Shown: piece after piece, positions 9,617 through 19,886 of the stretch
Layout of the letters: every line of letters begins with the position of its first letter
Numbering within the stretch: position 1 is the stretch's first letter
Source: Candidatus Eiseniibacteriota bacterium
Lineage (GTDB): Bacteria; Eisenbacteria; RBG-16-71-46; JABDJR01
Length of the DNA stretch: 64,000 bases
Direction: 5' to 3'
Assembly: GCA_963762255.1 (NCBI GenBank)
Contig: CAVXKA010000002.1
Location: 864,001 to 928,000 of the forward strand
Program-made: the position numbers and the translations under genes
Notes under the pieces: generated by a model
The model's input: only the letters and a program-made list of their open reading frames with translations
Database searches by the model: none
What the model was told of the DNA's origin: nothing

Positions 9617-11812
9617 TCAGCGAGGAGGGGTGAGCGGATGGCCGAGGGAGAGGGTCCAGAGGTCGCGGTCATGGGAAGCGCGACCGTAGGCAATCTGAAG
9701 CGGGCCGATGGGGAGGTCGAGCCGCATCGCCGCACCGTAGCCACCGCGGAATCCCGAGAGCTTCACGTCGTCCGCGCGCATCCACACCCAGCCGCCGTCG
9801 AGCATGAAGCGCAGGCTCATGACAGACCAGATCGGGATGTCATGGTGGATGCCTCCCGCGGCCACGTTGTTGCCGAGGAGTTCCTCCTCGTGGAAACCGA
9901 TCAGGCTTCCGGGGCCGCCGAGCCTGAACCACCGAGCCGCGGGCACCACGCAGTTGTGGAAGCCGATGCGAGCCCGCGCGCCGACGACCCCCCCCAGCGG
10001 CCCCGCAAGGCATCCGGAGGCGCGCAGGTCGTACCGGCGGAACGCGCGGTCCCCGCCCAGGATCCGCCACGCGGCCTCCACTTCGGCGGAAACGTCCACC
10101 TCTCGCGCTGCGCTCCCGCCCAGCCCCTCGCGCAAATAGACTCCCCGCATCACCAGTGAGGTGTAGTCCTCACGTTCCGCGGCGATGGCCTCTGGGGGAT
10201 AGGAGTCGGTGACCGTCCATTCGCGGCGGGGTGCGATCTCGATCAGCCCGTACCGCCCGAGCACGAAACCGGTCTGGAGGAAATCGATGCTTCCCCGGCG
10301 AAGGTGCACGGATCGTTGGCGGGTCCGGCCTTCGTAGCGGGGCAGGACGTCGTTTCTGTAGGTGGCCCGCGTCCGCTGGAAGAGCCTCACCGGCATGAGA
10401 TAGGGGGTCTCCGCCTGGACGGTGAAGACCTGGGTGTTCTCGTTGCCGAGAACCTCGACCAGCGCCGAACTCCCGGTGCGCCAGATGTTGGTATTGCGAA
10501 CCCGCAGGATCCCGCCCCATCCGCGCTCGGTGTCCACGCGCAATCCGGCCCCCGCCCCCCATGAAGGCCGCTCCGTGACGCTGACCACCAGCTCGACGCG
10601 ATCCACACCCATGGGAAGAATTTCGATACGGACCGCGCGGAAGCGGCCGTTGCTATCGAGATTGGCGAGGCTGCGGATCACGAGGTCCATGTTCCACGCT
10701 TGGCCCTCCTCGACCGCCATCTCCTCTTTGACGACCTTCGCCTCGTAGTTGCGGAGACCCTCGACGCGGATCTTGCCGATGCTCATCCCGTCGAGGGCGC
10801 GTCGGGCGCGTTCGCCGAACGCTCGGCGGGAGATCCCCCGCTCGGCCATGCGTTCGCGGGAAATGCCCGCCGAATCGAGAATGGCGAACACGCGCGGGAC
10901 CGCGGCGAGGCCGGCTCGGTAGCCCGCCGCAACGGCGGAGTCGGCGCGGTCGAAAGCGGTCGGGCTGATCGAACCGAGGTCGGGACAGATGACGAGCTGC
11001 GCGTACTCCATCCCTTGCGTGTTGGAGAACTGATTCATGACCTCGTAGGTGCGGCGGGCCACGGTGAATGGGCCGAGCGGGACGGTGCCCGCCTTGAAGG
11101 GCTTCGCGACATCCACCCCGATCAGCACGCGCGCGCCCTGTTCATGCGCCGTGGTGAGCGGGAAGTTGTCGAGAATCCCTCCATCCACGAGGAAGAGCGA
11201 GTCGACCTGCACGGGCTCGAAGACGAGGGGCACCGCCGTGGTCGCGACCAGGGCGCGTGCAAGGCTGCCGCGGTCGAGAGAAACCAGACGACCGGTGCGC
11301 AGATCGGTGACGACGGCGCGGAAGGGCACACCAAGCGCGCCGAAATCGCCGCCGGCTGCGAACTCCGCGGGCAGCGTCTGGCGCGCGTAGACCTGCTGCG
11401 GTCCGGCGGAGCCGGCGAGCGTCTGATCCAGCTCGAGCCCCCGCTCGCCGGAGAGGTAGAGCGTGAAGAGCCCCGGACGGTGGTCGCGCGCCTCGGTCAC
11501 CTCCCGGTATCGCCCGCTGTGGGCGCCGGAGAGGAGAACGTCCCAGTCGAGACTGCGGGTGAGGGATTCGAGCTCCTTGGGGGAGTATCCCGAGGCGTAG
11601 AGCCCGCCGATGACGGCGCCCATGCTGCAGCCGACGACCAGGTCGGGGGTAATGCCGGCTTCCTCGAAGGCAAGGAGCACACCGAGGTGAGCCAGCCCGC
11701 GGGCACCGCCGCCGCTCAGGACGAGGGCGAAATCGGGGGGCGGGTCCGTGCTTGGCGCGGCCGCGGTGAAGAGAAGAAGGACGATGAGGAGAGAACTGAT
11801 TCGAACCAGCAC
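9617..11812 (-). CDS. Patatin-like phospholipase-POTRA-Omp85 barrel fusion (PlpD/type Vd-like)
   Basis: GGGARG, GCSMG and DGG patatin motifs; POTRA (IRVEGLRNY...VTER); barrel end LPIGPLQIAYG. Start codon uncertain. Confidence 0.85.
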   Translation of the reverse strand: MLVRISSLLIVLLLFTAAAPSTDPPPDFALVLSGGGARGLAHLGVLLAFEEAGITPDLVVGCSMGAVIGGLYASGYSPKELESLTRSLDWDVLLSGAHSGRYREVTEARDHRPGLFTLYLSGERGLELDQTLAGSAGPQQVYARQTLPAEFAAGGDFGALGVPFRAVVTDLRTGRLVSLDRGSLARALVATTAVPLVFEPVQVDSLFLVDGGILDNFPLTTAHEQGARVLIGVDVAKPFKAGTVPLGPFTVARRTYEVMNQFSNTQGMEYAQLVICPDLGSISPTAFDRADSAVAAGYRAGLAAVPRVFAILDSAGISRERMAERGISRRAFGERARRALDGMSIGKIRVEGLRNYEAKVVKEEMAVEEGQAWNMDLVIRSLANLDSNGRFRAVRIEILPMGVDRVELVVSVTERPSWGAGAGLRVDTERGWGGILRVRNTNIWRTGSSALVEVLGNENTQVFTVQAETPYLMPVRLFQRTRATYRNDVLPRYEGRTRQRSVHLRRGSIDFLQTGFVLGRYGLIEIAPRREWTVTDSYPPEAIAAEREDYTSLVMRGVYLREGLGGSAAREVDVSAEVEAAWRILGGDRAFRRYDLRASGCLAGPLGGVVGARARIGFHNCVVPAARWFRLGGPGSLIGFHEEELLGNNVAAGGIHHDIPIWSVMSLRFMLDGGWVWMRADDVKLSGFRGGYGAAMRLDLPIGPLQIAYGRASHDRDLWTLSLGHPLTPPR

Positions 11813-12473
11813 CGCGGGAAGCTTCAGCCCCGGCGGGCGCGGCGTCAACCGGTCAGGACCGGGCGCGCGGCGGGTCAGGCTTGGCGACAGGAGCGTGACG
11901 CCGGCCGACGCACCTGCGCGCGCGCGGCGGGAAAGAAAACGGGGCCGGAGGATCGTTCCTCCGGCCCCGAAGCTGACCGCAATAGAGTCCCACGACCCTA
12001 TCGCGGGCACCTCGACATGGAACTACTCAACTGGCAGACACCTCCCCCGCCATCTCTAGGCGGCACCCCGTGGAATGCGCTTCTGGCGCGCGATGTCGGG
12101 CCGAGCCCGTCCGCGCGCCGCGCGCGTCCCTTCGACCGGAGTGTTCGGATGCGATCCTCGGCATGGCCGCGGATCCGGGCCTGCCGTCGGGGAGGAGGTT
12201 GGCCGCGAAAGCCCTCCGCTCCTCGGACCCGTTCCCGGGGTCCCTCGGTGGGGCCCACCCCGACGTCGTGGTAGCCATAAGGCTATCACGAGGCGGGGGG
12301 GCAGTGAAAATCTCATTGTTTGCGCACCGGCTCCACACGGTTTCGAGCCCCCGGACCCGGGATGGGCCCCTCATCGCCCCTCGTGCTAGACTCCGGTGCT
12401 TCGCAGCCGGGCAGAGACTCGTCATCCCGGCCCAAGCAGTTGACGCCGTACCCCCTTGCCATCACAAACCACC

Positions 12474-13478
12474 ATGCACTTTGAAGACCATCGCCGGGGC
12501 GCGCCCGGCACCCGCACACGGCTCTATCGCTATGCCCAGGTCGTCTCCGTGGCGATCGTGGTGCTGCTCCTCGCGGGGGCCATGGTGAAGAGCACGAACA
12601 CCGGCCTTTCGGTGCCCGACTGGCCGCTCTCGTTCGGGAAGGTCATGCCCGCGATGAGCCCGAGCGTCCCCTACTTCTACGAGCACGGGCACCGCATGAT
12701 CGCGACCCTGGTGGGCGCGCTCACCGTCGTTCTCGCCGCGTGGCTCTACGTGCGCGAGCCGAGGGCGTGGATGCGCCGGCTCGGGTGGGTCGCCCTCCTC
12801 ATGGTGATCCTGCAGGGGGTGCTGGGTGGAATGACCGTGCTGCTGAAGCTACCGGTCTGGACATCGGCCGCGCATGCCTGCCTCGCTCAGGGGTTCTTCC
12901 TTGTCGTGATCATGATCGCCCTGGCGCTTTCACCCGGATGGAACACGAAGTCGCGGTCGCCGGAGGCCTTCGACTCGCGCACCCCGGTCCTGGCGACCAT
13001 CGCCACCGCCGCCATCTTCGTGCAGTTGGTCCTCGGCGCGGTATTGCGGCACATGGAAGCCTGGCAGGTGATCCAGGACTGGCCGCTCTCCAACGGTCAC
13101 CTGATTCCTCCGGTCTTCACGCCCGAGATCGCCGTGCACTTCGCGCACCGCACCTGGGCCTATGTGGTCCTGATCGCAGCGATCGCCGCCGGCGTGAGCG
13201 CATTGCGAACCGCCGGCAAACGCTCCGACATCGCGAGCCCTGCCATCCTCATGCTGATCCTGGTCGTGGTTCAGATCATGCTAGGAGCGCTGACGATCTG
13301 GACCCACCGCCAGCCGCACGTGGCCAGCACGCACCTCGTGATCGGGGCGCTTCTTCTTGCGGTGAGCTTCATCCTCACCGCACGATCCTGGCGCTATCTG
13401 CGCACTCCGCGACCCGTGCTGCCGGAGGCGCTGAGGACCCGCGAAGGAGCGGTCGGCTACGGAGAGGGCGGCGCGTGA
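12474..13478 (+). CDS. ctaA: Heme A synthase (COX15/CtaA)
   Basis: GLSVPDWP, EHGHR, HFAHR and further conserved His; 8 TM; adjacent to heme O synthase. Confidence 0.88.
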   Translation: MHFEDHRRGAPGTRTRLYRYAQVVSVAIVVLLLAGAMVKSTNTGLSVPDWPLSFGKVMPAMSPSVPYFYEHGHRMIATLVGALTVVLAAWLYVREPRAWMRRLGWVALLMVILQGVLGGMTVLLKLPVWTSAAHACLAQGFFLVVIMIALALSPGWNTKSRSPEAFDSRTPVLATIATAAIFVQLVLGAVLRHMEAWQVIQDWPLSNGHLIPPVFTPEIAVHFAHRTWAYVVLIAAIAAGVSALRTAGKRSDIASPAILMLILVVVQIMLGALTIWTHRQPHVASTHLVIGALLLAVSFILTARSWRYLRTPRPVLPEALRTREGAVGYGEGGA

Positions 13479-14413
13479 AAGACGAGGCGGTTCTTCAGCG
13501 GACCGATATACAAGCCGCGGTGCGCACCGAGGGGCGAGTCGCGGGACGGACCGTGTCCCCCCTCTCCGACTACATCGAGCTGTCCAAGCCGCGCATCACG
13601 CTGCTCGTGGTGATCACGGCCGCGGTGGGCTACTTCATGGCGAGCGGCGGACGCCTCTGGCCGCTCGGGCTCGCGCACATCATGCTCGGGACCGGCCTCG
13701 TCTCCGCGGGGGCGAGCGTTCTGAACCAGGTGATGGAGCGCGACGCCGACGCGCGGATGCACCGCACGCGTAATCGCGCCATCCCCGCCGGGCGGGTGAG
13801 CGCGGGGGCGGGCCTTGCCTACGGCATGGTCATGGGCCTGGGAGGCGTGCTCTACATCGCCATCTTCCTCAACGCGCTGACCGCGCTGCTCGCGGCGGCC
13901 ACGCTCGCGAGCTACGTCTTCGTCTACACGCCGCTCAAGCGCGTGACGACCTTGAACACGCTGATCGGCGCGGTGCCGGGAGCGCTCCCCCCCGTCGGAG
14001 GCTGGGCGGCGGCGACCGGGACCCTCCCGCGCGAGGCGTGGGTTCTCTTCCTCATCGTCTTCCTGTGGCAGGTGCCGCACTTTCTGGCCATCGCGTGGCT
14101 TCTTCGCGAGGACTACGCGCGCGGCGGGTTTCGCATGCTCTCGGTGGAGGACCCCGAGGGGCGCAGCACCGGCCGCCACATCGCCCTGGGCGCCCTGGCG
14201 TTGGTGCCGGTGAGCCTCTCCCCCACGCTCCTCGGCATGACCGGATCGACCTACTTCTTCGGCGCGCTCGTGTTGACGCTGGCCTTCGCCGCGCTCGCTC
14301 TCTGGATGGCGCGACGGCCCGTCGACGTGCGCGCGCGATGGCTCTTTCTCGGCTCGATCGCCTATCTTCCCGCCCTTCTCGCGGTGATGATGATCGACAG
14401 GATGCCCCGCTGA
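13475..14413 (+). CDS. ctaB: Protoheme IX farnesyltransferase (heme O synthase)
   Basis: LSKPRI, ERDADARMHRTRNR, YTPLKR, WQVPHF, DYARGG motifs; GTGA overlap with ctaA. Confidence 0.95.
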   Translation: MKDEAVLQRTDIQAAVRTEGRVAGRTVSPLSDYIELSKPRITLLVVITAAVGYFMASGGRLWPLGLAHIMLGTGLVSAGASVLNQVMERDADARMHRTRNRAIPAGRVSAGAGLAYGMVMGLGGVLYIAIFLNALTALLAAATLASYVFVYTPLKRVTTLNTLIGAVPGALPPVGGWAAATGTLPREAWVLFLIVFLWQVPHFLAIAWLLREDYARGGFRMLSVEDPEGRSTGRHIALGALALVPVSLSPTLLGMTGSTYFFGALVLTLAFAALALWMARRPVDVRARWLFLGSIAYLPALLAVMMIDRMPR

Positions 14414-14418
14414 GTCAC

Positions 14419-15444
14419 ATGAACACGGTACTCCCCGGAGCGCAGCCTTCCGTCGTGGTCGACGTCCGCGATCTCGGGCATCGGTATGGCGATCGCGAGG
14501 CGCTGCGCGGCGTGAGCTTCAGCGTTGCCGCGGGCGAGATCTTCGGCGTGCTGGGCCCCAACGGCGGCGGCAAGAGCACGCTCTTTCGCATCCTCTCGAC
14601 CATGGTCCCGCCCGGCGCGGGCTCTCTCTCGCTCTTTGGCAAGGATCCCGCGCGCGATCTGAACGGCGCGCGGCGCGCGTTAGGGGTGGTGTTCCAGTCG
14701 CCGAGCCTCGATCTCATGCTCACCGCGCGCGAGAACCTGCTCCATCAAGGACATCTTTACGGTCTGCGCGGGCGGGCACTGACCAAGCGGATGGAGTCGA
14801 TGCTCGACGCGGTGGGCTTGGCGGAGCGCGCCGCCGAGCGCGTCGACCGTTTCTCCGGCGGCATGCGGCGACGGCTCGAGATTGCCAAGGCGCTCCTCCA
14901 CGAACCGCGGTTGCTGATCCTGGACGAGCCTTCCACCGGCCTCGACCCCGGCGCCCGCCGCGATCTCTGGCAGCATCTGCACCGGTTGCGCGACATGGAC
15001 GGGGTGACGGTGCTCCTCACCACGCATCTCATGGACGAGGCCGAGCACTGCGACCGCCTGCTCATCCTGGATCGCGGCCTGCGGGTGGCGCTCGAGTCGC
15101 CGGCCGCGCTCAAGGAACAGGTCGGCGGCGACGTCGTCACCGTGGACGTCGAGAACCCGGAGGCGCTGGCCGCGGAGGCTGCCGCGCGCTTCGCGGTGAA
15201 GGCGACGGTGGTGGGCGGCCGCGTGCGCGTGGAGCGCGAGCGAGGACACGAGCTCGCGGCGGCGCTGGTGGAGGCCTTCCCCGGGCGCATACGCGCGGTA
15301 TCGATCGGGAAGCCCACGCTGGAAGACGTCTTCATCGATCTCACCGGTCGCAGGTTCGAGGAGGCCGACGCCGAAGGCGCAGCCGTGGCGCCGAGTCCCG
15401 CGCGCCGCCGCCGCGGCCGCCCCACGGTGGAGCCGCGGGCATGA
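14419..15444 (+). CDS. ABC transporter ATP-binding protein (DrrA-like)
   Basis: GPNGGGKST, FSGGM, ILDEP, TTH motifs. Confidence 0.92.
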   Translation: MNTVLPGAQPSVVVDVRDLGHRYGDREALRGVSFSVAAGEIFGVLGPNGGGKSTLFRILSTMVPPGAGSLSLFGKDPARDLNGARRALGVVFQSPSLDLMLTARENLLHQGHLYGLRGRALTKRMESMLDAVGLAERAAERVDRFSGGMRRRLEIAKALLHEPRLLILDEPSTGLDPGARRDLWQHLHRLRDMDGVTVLLTTHLMDEAEHCDRLLILDRGLRVALESPAALKEQVGGDVVTVDVENPEALAAEAAARFAVKATVVGGRVRVERERGHELAAALVEAFPGRIRAVSIGKPTLEDVFIDLTGRRFEEADAEGAAVAPSPARRRRGRPTVEPRA

Positions 15445-16238
15445 ACGAGTTCCTGGCCGCCTACACGCTCTGGCGCCGCGAGGTCGTGCGGTTTCTGCGC
15501 CAGCCCAATCGCGTGTTTGGCGCGATCGGCTCGCCGATTCTCTTCTGGCTCATCCTCGGCTCGGGGGTGGGTCGCTCGTTCAGCGTGCCCGGGGCTGCGG
15601 CGGGGGCGGAGAACAGCCACTACCTCGTCTACGCGTTCCCCGGATCGCTGGTTCTGATCCTCCTCTTCACCGCGATCTTCTCCACGATCTCCATCATCGA
15701 GGATCGCAAGGAGGGCTTCCTTCAGTCGGTGCTGGTGGCGCCGGTGCCTCGGCGCGCGGTCGTGCTGGGAAAGATCCTCGGCGGGACCACGCTCGCCTTC
15801 ATGCAGGCCGCGCTCTTCCTCGCGCTGGGGGCCACGATCGGGATGTCGCTGCGGGTGGGACCGCTCCTGGGCACGCTGGCCATGCTCTGGTTGCTCGGCA
15901 TGGCGCTGACCGGATTGGGCTTCGTGATCGCCTGGCGGATGCAATCCGTGCAGGGCTTCCACGCGATCATGAACTTTCTCCTGATACCGCTCTGGCTTCT
16001 TTCCGGCGCGCTCTTCCCGCCGTCGGGAGCGTCGGTGTGGATGCAGTGGCTCATTCGATTGAACCCGCTCACCTATGGAATCGCGGTGGTGAGGCGGTTG
16101 CTCTTCCCCGGCGACCCGGCGCTTGCCGGGCTGCCCGGCATGGCGAGCGGCGTGATCGTGTCGCTCGGCTTCGCGCTCGCTATGTATGCCGCGTCGGCCT
16201 GGGTCGCGCGCGGCACCACCCGAGGGGATCTCCGCTGA
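15441..16238 (+). CDS. ABC-2 type permease
   Basis: EDRKEGFL, LSGALFP and NPLTY motifs; 6 TM; ATGA overlap. Confidence 0.92.
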   Translation: MNEFLAAYTLWRREVVRFLRQPNRVFGAIGSPILFWLILGSGVGRSFSVPGAAAGAENSHYLVYAFPGSLVLILLFTAIFSTISIIEDRKEGFLQSVLVAPVPRRAVVLGKILGGTTLAFMQAALFLALGATIGMSLRVGPLLGTLAMLWLLGMALTGLGFVIAWRMQSVQGFHAIMNFLLIPLWLLSGALFPPSGASVWMQWLIRLNPLTYGIAVVRRLLFPGDPALAGLPGMASGVIVSLGFALAMYAASAWVARGTTRGDLR

Positions 16239-16257
16239 ACGGGAGGTAGAGACGGCC

Positions 16258-16896
16258 ATGGACGAGGGAACCCGGCAGGGGACGTCAGGACGGGAACGGC
16301 TGGTTTGGGGGATCCTGCTCGCCGCGCTCCTCGCCGTGGTTGCGATCGCAGCGGTGTCGATCGTGAAGACGCAGCGCACCGAGATCGAGCGCTTCGGCCC
16401 CGCGCCCGAGTTCACCTTCATCACCCAGCGCAGCACGCCGTTCTCGCGTGAAGATCTGGATGGAGAGGTGTGGCTCGCAGACTTCATGTTCACCACCTGT
16501 CAGGGGATCTGTCCCCTCCTCACCGAGCGAATGAAGGGATTCCAGGATCGTTTCGCCGGCCGCGCGGGATGGAAGATCGTTTCGTTCTCGGTGGATCCCG
16601 CCCATGATCGCCCCGACACCCTCGCCGCCTATGCCGCGCAGCACGGGGCGGATCCCGCCCGATGGACCTTTCTCACCGGGGACAAGCAGGAGATCTTCCG
16701 CACGATCACCGACGGGTTCCATCTCGTGGTGGAGGAAGGCGCGGCGACAAGCGTGGAGCCCATCATGCACAGCCCGCGCATCGTGCTGGTCGACGCGCGC
16801 GGCATGATTCGCGGCTACTACGACGCGCTCGACGAGGATTCGATGACGAAGCTCGCCGCGGATCTGGACCGGCTGCTCAAGCGCGGCGGCGCGTGA
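16258..16896 (+). CDS. SCO1/SenC copper chaperone
   Basis: FTTCQGICP (CxxxC), SVDPAHD, conserved His (MHS); GGAGG upstream. Confidence 0.92.
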   Translation: MDEGTRQGTSGRERLVWGILLAALLAVVAIAAVSIVKTQRTEIERFGPAPEFTFITQRSTPFSREDLDGEVWLADFMFTTCQGICPLLTERMKGFQDRFAGRAGWKIVSFSVDPAHDRPDTLAAYAAQHGADPARWTFLTGDKQEIFRTITDGFHLVVEEGAATSVEPIMHSPRIVLVDARGMIRGYYDALDEDSMTKLAADLDRLLKRGGA

Positions 16897-16921
16897 TGCC
16901 CGCCGAGGCGACAGCGCGCTG

Positions 16922-17341
16922 ATGCAGCTTCACGATCTCCCCACGCTGAACGCCGTCCTCAACGCGCTCAGCGCGACGTGGCTTGTCGCGGGTTACTCGT
17001 TCATCCGCCGGGGCCGCGTGGGCGCGCATCGCGCGTGCATGCTGGCCGCGGTCGCCACATCGCTCGCGTTTCTCGTTTCGTATCTCGTCTATCACGCTCA
17101 GACCGGATCGACGCGGTTCCAGTCTCAAGGCGCCGTGAGAGCGCTCTACTTCGTCATACTCGGCACGCACACCGTGCTGGCGGCGGCGATCGTGCCGCTC
17201 GTGATCGTGACGCTCACCCGCGCGCTGCGCGGTCGCTTCCCGCAGCACCGTCGGATCGCACGATGGACGTGGCCGATCTGGATGTACGTTTCCGTGACCG
17301 GCGTGATCATTTACTTGATGCTCTACCACCTGGATCGGTAG
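16922..17341 (+). CDS. DUF420 family membrane protein (cytochrome oxidase assembly)
   Basis: LNA...H..CM...FLVSY...H...HRRIARWTWPIWMYVSVTG pattern. Confidence 0.88.
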   Translation: MQLHDLPTLNAVLNALSATWLVAGYSFIRRGRVGAHRACMLAAVATSLAFLVSYLVYHAQTGSTRFQSQGAVRALYFVILGTHTVLAAAIVPLVIVTLTRALRGRFPQHRRIARWTWPIWMYVSVTGVIIYLMLYHLDR

Positions 17342-17372
17342 AGCGTCCGCCAGCCCCGCGGCGCCCGCGCGG

Positions 17373-18116
17373 CTACGGCGCGAACATGCGGCGGAGGCGG
17401 CCCCAGGTGAGCGATTGCACCGCGACGTGGTCGGGATCTGCCACCCGGAGGTTGTCGAGGTAGAAACGGCCTATCAAGTCCGAGTCCGCTCCGGTGCCGA
17501 GGAGGATCTGATCCACTCCCACGTCGCCGGCGGTGAAAGGCTCGGCGGCGGCGAGGTAGGATCCATCGAGTTGGAAATCGTAGGTGTGCGCGTCCAGGTC
17601 GATGTCGATCCGCAGGGTCAGGGTGACGCCGGTCGCGAAGGTCCCCACATTCCCCACCAGGCCGTCGGCGTCGTAGAGCCGCACCGCGCCGTCGGACCGG
17701 AACTCCGCGGTGACGAAGGTGAAGACGCTCGGGTTGGCCTGCCGGATATCCACCCGTAAAGGCACGGCCGTCCCACCGACCTCGTCCACCCACAGGTCTG
17801 CCGTGATCACGGCTCTGCCCGCGGCCATCCGCGTCTGGTTCACGAGAATGAACCAGGCAGTACACAAGTAGGTGTCGCTGCCGTCGACGAACTCGAGCGA
17901 GGGCGTGGCCATTGGGCCGCTGCGCACGTACCCGCCGGCGGTCGAATCAACATAGAGAGGCTCCCCGAACGCGGGACCTCTCATCCCGACGAGGGCATCG
18001 ACCGTCTCGCCATCGAAGTTGGCGTCGAGATAGACGATCTCGGCGACGCAGGGCGAGGCGAGCACGAGAAGCGCGACCAGAAACAGCGGCGCGAAAGAGA
18101 TGAAGCGGCCGTTCAT
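17373..18116 (-). CDS. Secreted beta-sandwich hypothetical protein with a C-terminal TWG tail
   Basis: Signal peptide from ATG 18116; FYLDNLRV; ends LTWGRLRRMFAP. Confidence 0.7.
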   Translation of the reverse strand: MNGRFISFAPLFLVALLVLASPCVAEIVYLDANFDGETVDALVGMRGPAFGEPLYVDSTAGGYVRSGPMATPSLEFVDGSDTYLCTAWFILVNQTRMAAGRAVITADLWVDEVGGTAVPLRVDIRQANPSVFTFVTAEFRSDGAVRLYDADGLVGNVGTFATGVTLTLRIDIDLDAHTYDFQLDGSYLAAAEPFTAGDVGVDQILLGTGADSDLIGRFYLDNLRVADPDHVAVQSLTWGRLRRMFAP

Positions 18117-18289
18117 GAGGATTCCCTTCCGGGATACATCGGGTGGCTGCATGCTAGCAATCCGCAGGGGGCGAGTCCACGCGCGAATCGAGGCGGTTCG
18201 GGGGGCCGGCCCCAATCGACAGCGCTCCCGGAACGGGCTAGAATCCCTCGTCCGCTGGACCCTTGGACCCCGCAGCAAGGAGGATGACG

Positions 18290-19807
18290 ATGGGTGGCGC
18301 CGCGACTTCCGAACGCTTCAACCGTGTGATGACCCGGGCCGCCGAACTCTCCGATCTCGAAAGCGCAAACGCGCTCGTGGGATGGGATCAGGAGACCTTC
18401 ATGCCCGCCAAGGGCGTGGACGGGCGCGCCGACGTCTCCGCGACCATCGCCGGCCTTCAGCACGAGCGGCTCACCGACCCGCGCCTTCGCGAGGACCTGG
18501 AAGCGCTGTCGCGCGACGGCGACGGTCTCGACACGTATCAGCGCGGGCAGGTCATCGAGCTCAAGCGCCTGCACGATCGCGCGGCCAAAGTGCCGGCCGA
18601 TCTCGTGCGCGCGGTGGCGGAAGCGCAGTCGCGCGGATCGTCGATCTGGGCGGCGGCCAAGGCCAAGAAGGAGTTCGCCGCGTTCTCTCCCACATTGGCC
18701 GAGATCTTCAAGCTCAAGCGCGCGGTGGCTGACGCGGTCGGCTATCGCGAGGAACCCTACGAGGCGCTCCTCGATGAGTTCGAACCTGGGGCCAAGGTGA
18801 GCGAGGTCGCCAAGACGCTGCACGACGTGCGCGACTTCCTCATCCCGCTGGTGAAGGAGATCGCGGGCTCTTCGAAGAAGCCCAACACGAAGATCCTTGC
18901 CGGTCCGTACGACCTCGAGAAGCAGGATCTCTTCGGCCGCGAGGTCGTGACCGCCATGGGCTTCGATCTGGAGGCGGGGCGCCTCGACGTGTCCAACCAT
19001 CCCTTCACGAGCGGCATCCATAGCGGCGACACGCGGCTCACCACGCGGTACAAGCAGGACCTCTCCGTGGGGCTCTTCGGCACGATGCACGAGGCGGGGC
19101 ACGGGCTCTACGAGCAGAACCTGCCCGCGGCCACGCGCCGCACGCCGCTCGGCGTGTACACGTCGCTCGGCATCCACGAGTCGCAGTCGCGGCTCTGGGA
19201 GAACAACGTGGGGCGCGGGCGGCCGTTCTGGACGAAGCAGTACCCAAGGCTGCAGGAGCTCTTCCCCGAGCACCTGGCCGGCGTGTCGTTCGACGAGTAC
19301 TACCGCGCGATCAACGCGGTGGAGCCCTCCTTCATCCGCATCGAGGCCGACGAGGTCACCTACAACCTGCACATCGTGCTCCGCTTCGAACTGGAGCGCG
19401 ACGTGTTGACGGGCAAGGTCGCGGTGAAGGACCTCCCCGAGGCGTGGAACGCGCGCTTCCGCGACTATCTGGGACTCACGCCGCCCTCGCCGGACCTGGG
19501 CGTGATGCAGGACATCCACTGGGCGGTGGGGCTCGTCGGCTACTTCCCCACCTACACGCTCGGCACGCTCTACGCCGCGCAGTTCTTCGCAGGCGCGAAG
19601 AAGGCGATCCCCGATCTCGAAGAGCGCATCGCCAAGGGCGATCTCCTCACCCTACGCGACTGGCTGGTGGAGAACGTGCACCGGCACGGGCGCCGCTACG
19701 CCCCCGCGGCACTGGTGGAGAAGGCCACCGGGATGCCGGTCTCGGCCGAGCACTTCAACCGGTACCTGCGGTCGAAGTTCGCGCCGCTGTACGGGCTCGC
19801 GAACTAG
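18290..19807 (+). CDS. Carboxypeptidase M32 (Taq family)
   Basis: HPF, HEAGH, HESQSR, IRIEADE, QDIHW, GYFPTY motifs; AAGGAGG RBS. Confidence 0.95.
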   Translation: MGGAATSERFNRVMTRAAELSDLESANALVGWDQETFMPAKGVDGRADVSATIAGLQHERLTDPRLREDLEALSRDGDGLDTYQRGQVIELKRLHDRAAKVPADLVRAVAEAQSRGSSIWAAAKAKKEFAAFSPTLAEIFKLKRAVADAVGYREEPYEALLDEFEPGAKVSEVAKTLHDVRDFLIPLVKEIAGSSKKPNTKILAGPYDLEKQDLFGREVVTAMGFDLEAGRLDVSNHPFTSGIHSGDTRLTTRYKQDLSVGLFGTMHEAGHGLYEQNLPAATRRTPLGVYTSLGIHESQSRLWENNVGRGRPFWTKQYPRLQELFPEHLAGVSFDEYYRAINAVEPSFIRIEADEVTYNLHIVLRFELERDVLTGKVAVKDLPEAWNARFRDYLGLTPPSPDLGVMQDIHWAVGLVGYFPTYTLGTLYAAQFFAGAKKAIPDLEERIAKGDLLTLRDWLVENVHRHGRRYAPAALVEKATGMPVSAEHFNRYLRSKFAPLYGLAN

Positions 19808-19886
19808 GGGGGCGATCGAGCGTGCGCATGGGCGTGGACGTGAGCATGGCCGGCGTGCGCGGCACCGGCGTGGGCGGTCCGACCCG

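Noticed and set aside
11813-12473. Possible ncRNA or small gene in the long divergent spacer
   Set aside because: Only GC-rich local hairpins, overlapping low-complexity ORFs and a -10-like GCTAGACT; nothing supportable.
19808-19886. Short GGCGTG repeats
   Set aside because: Irregular low-complexity sequence expected at this GC content.
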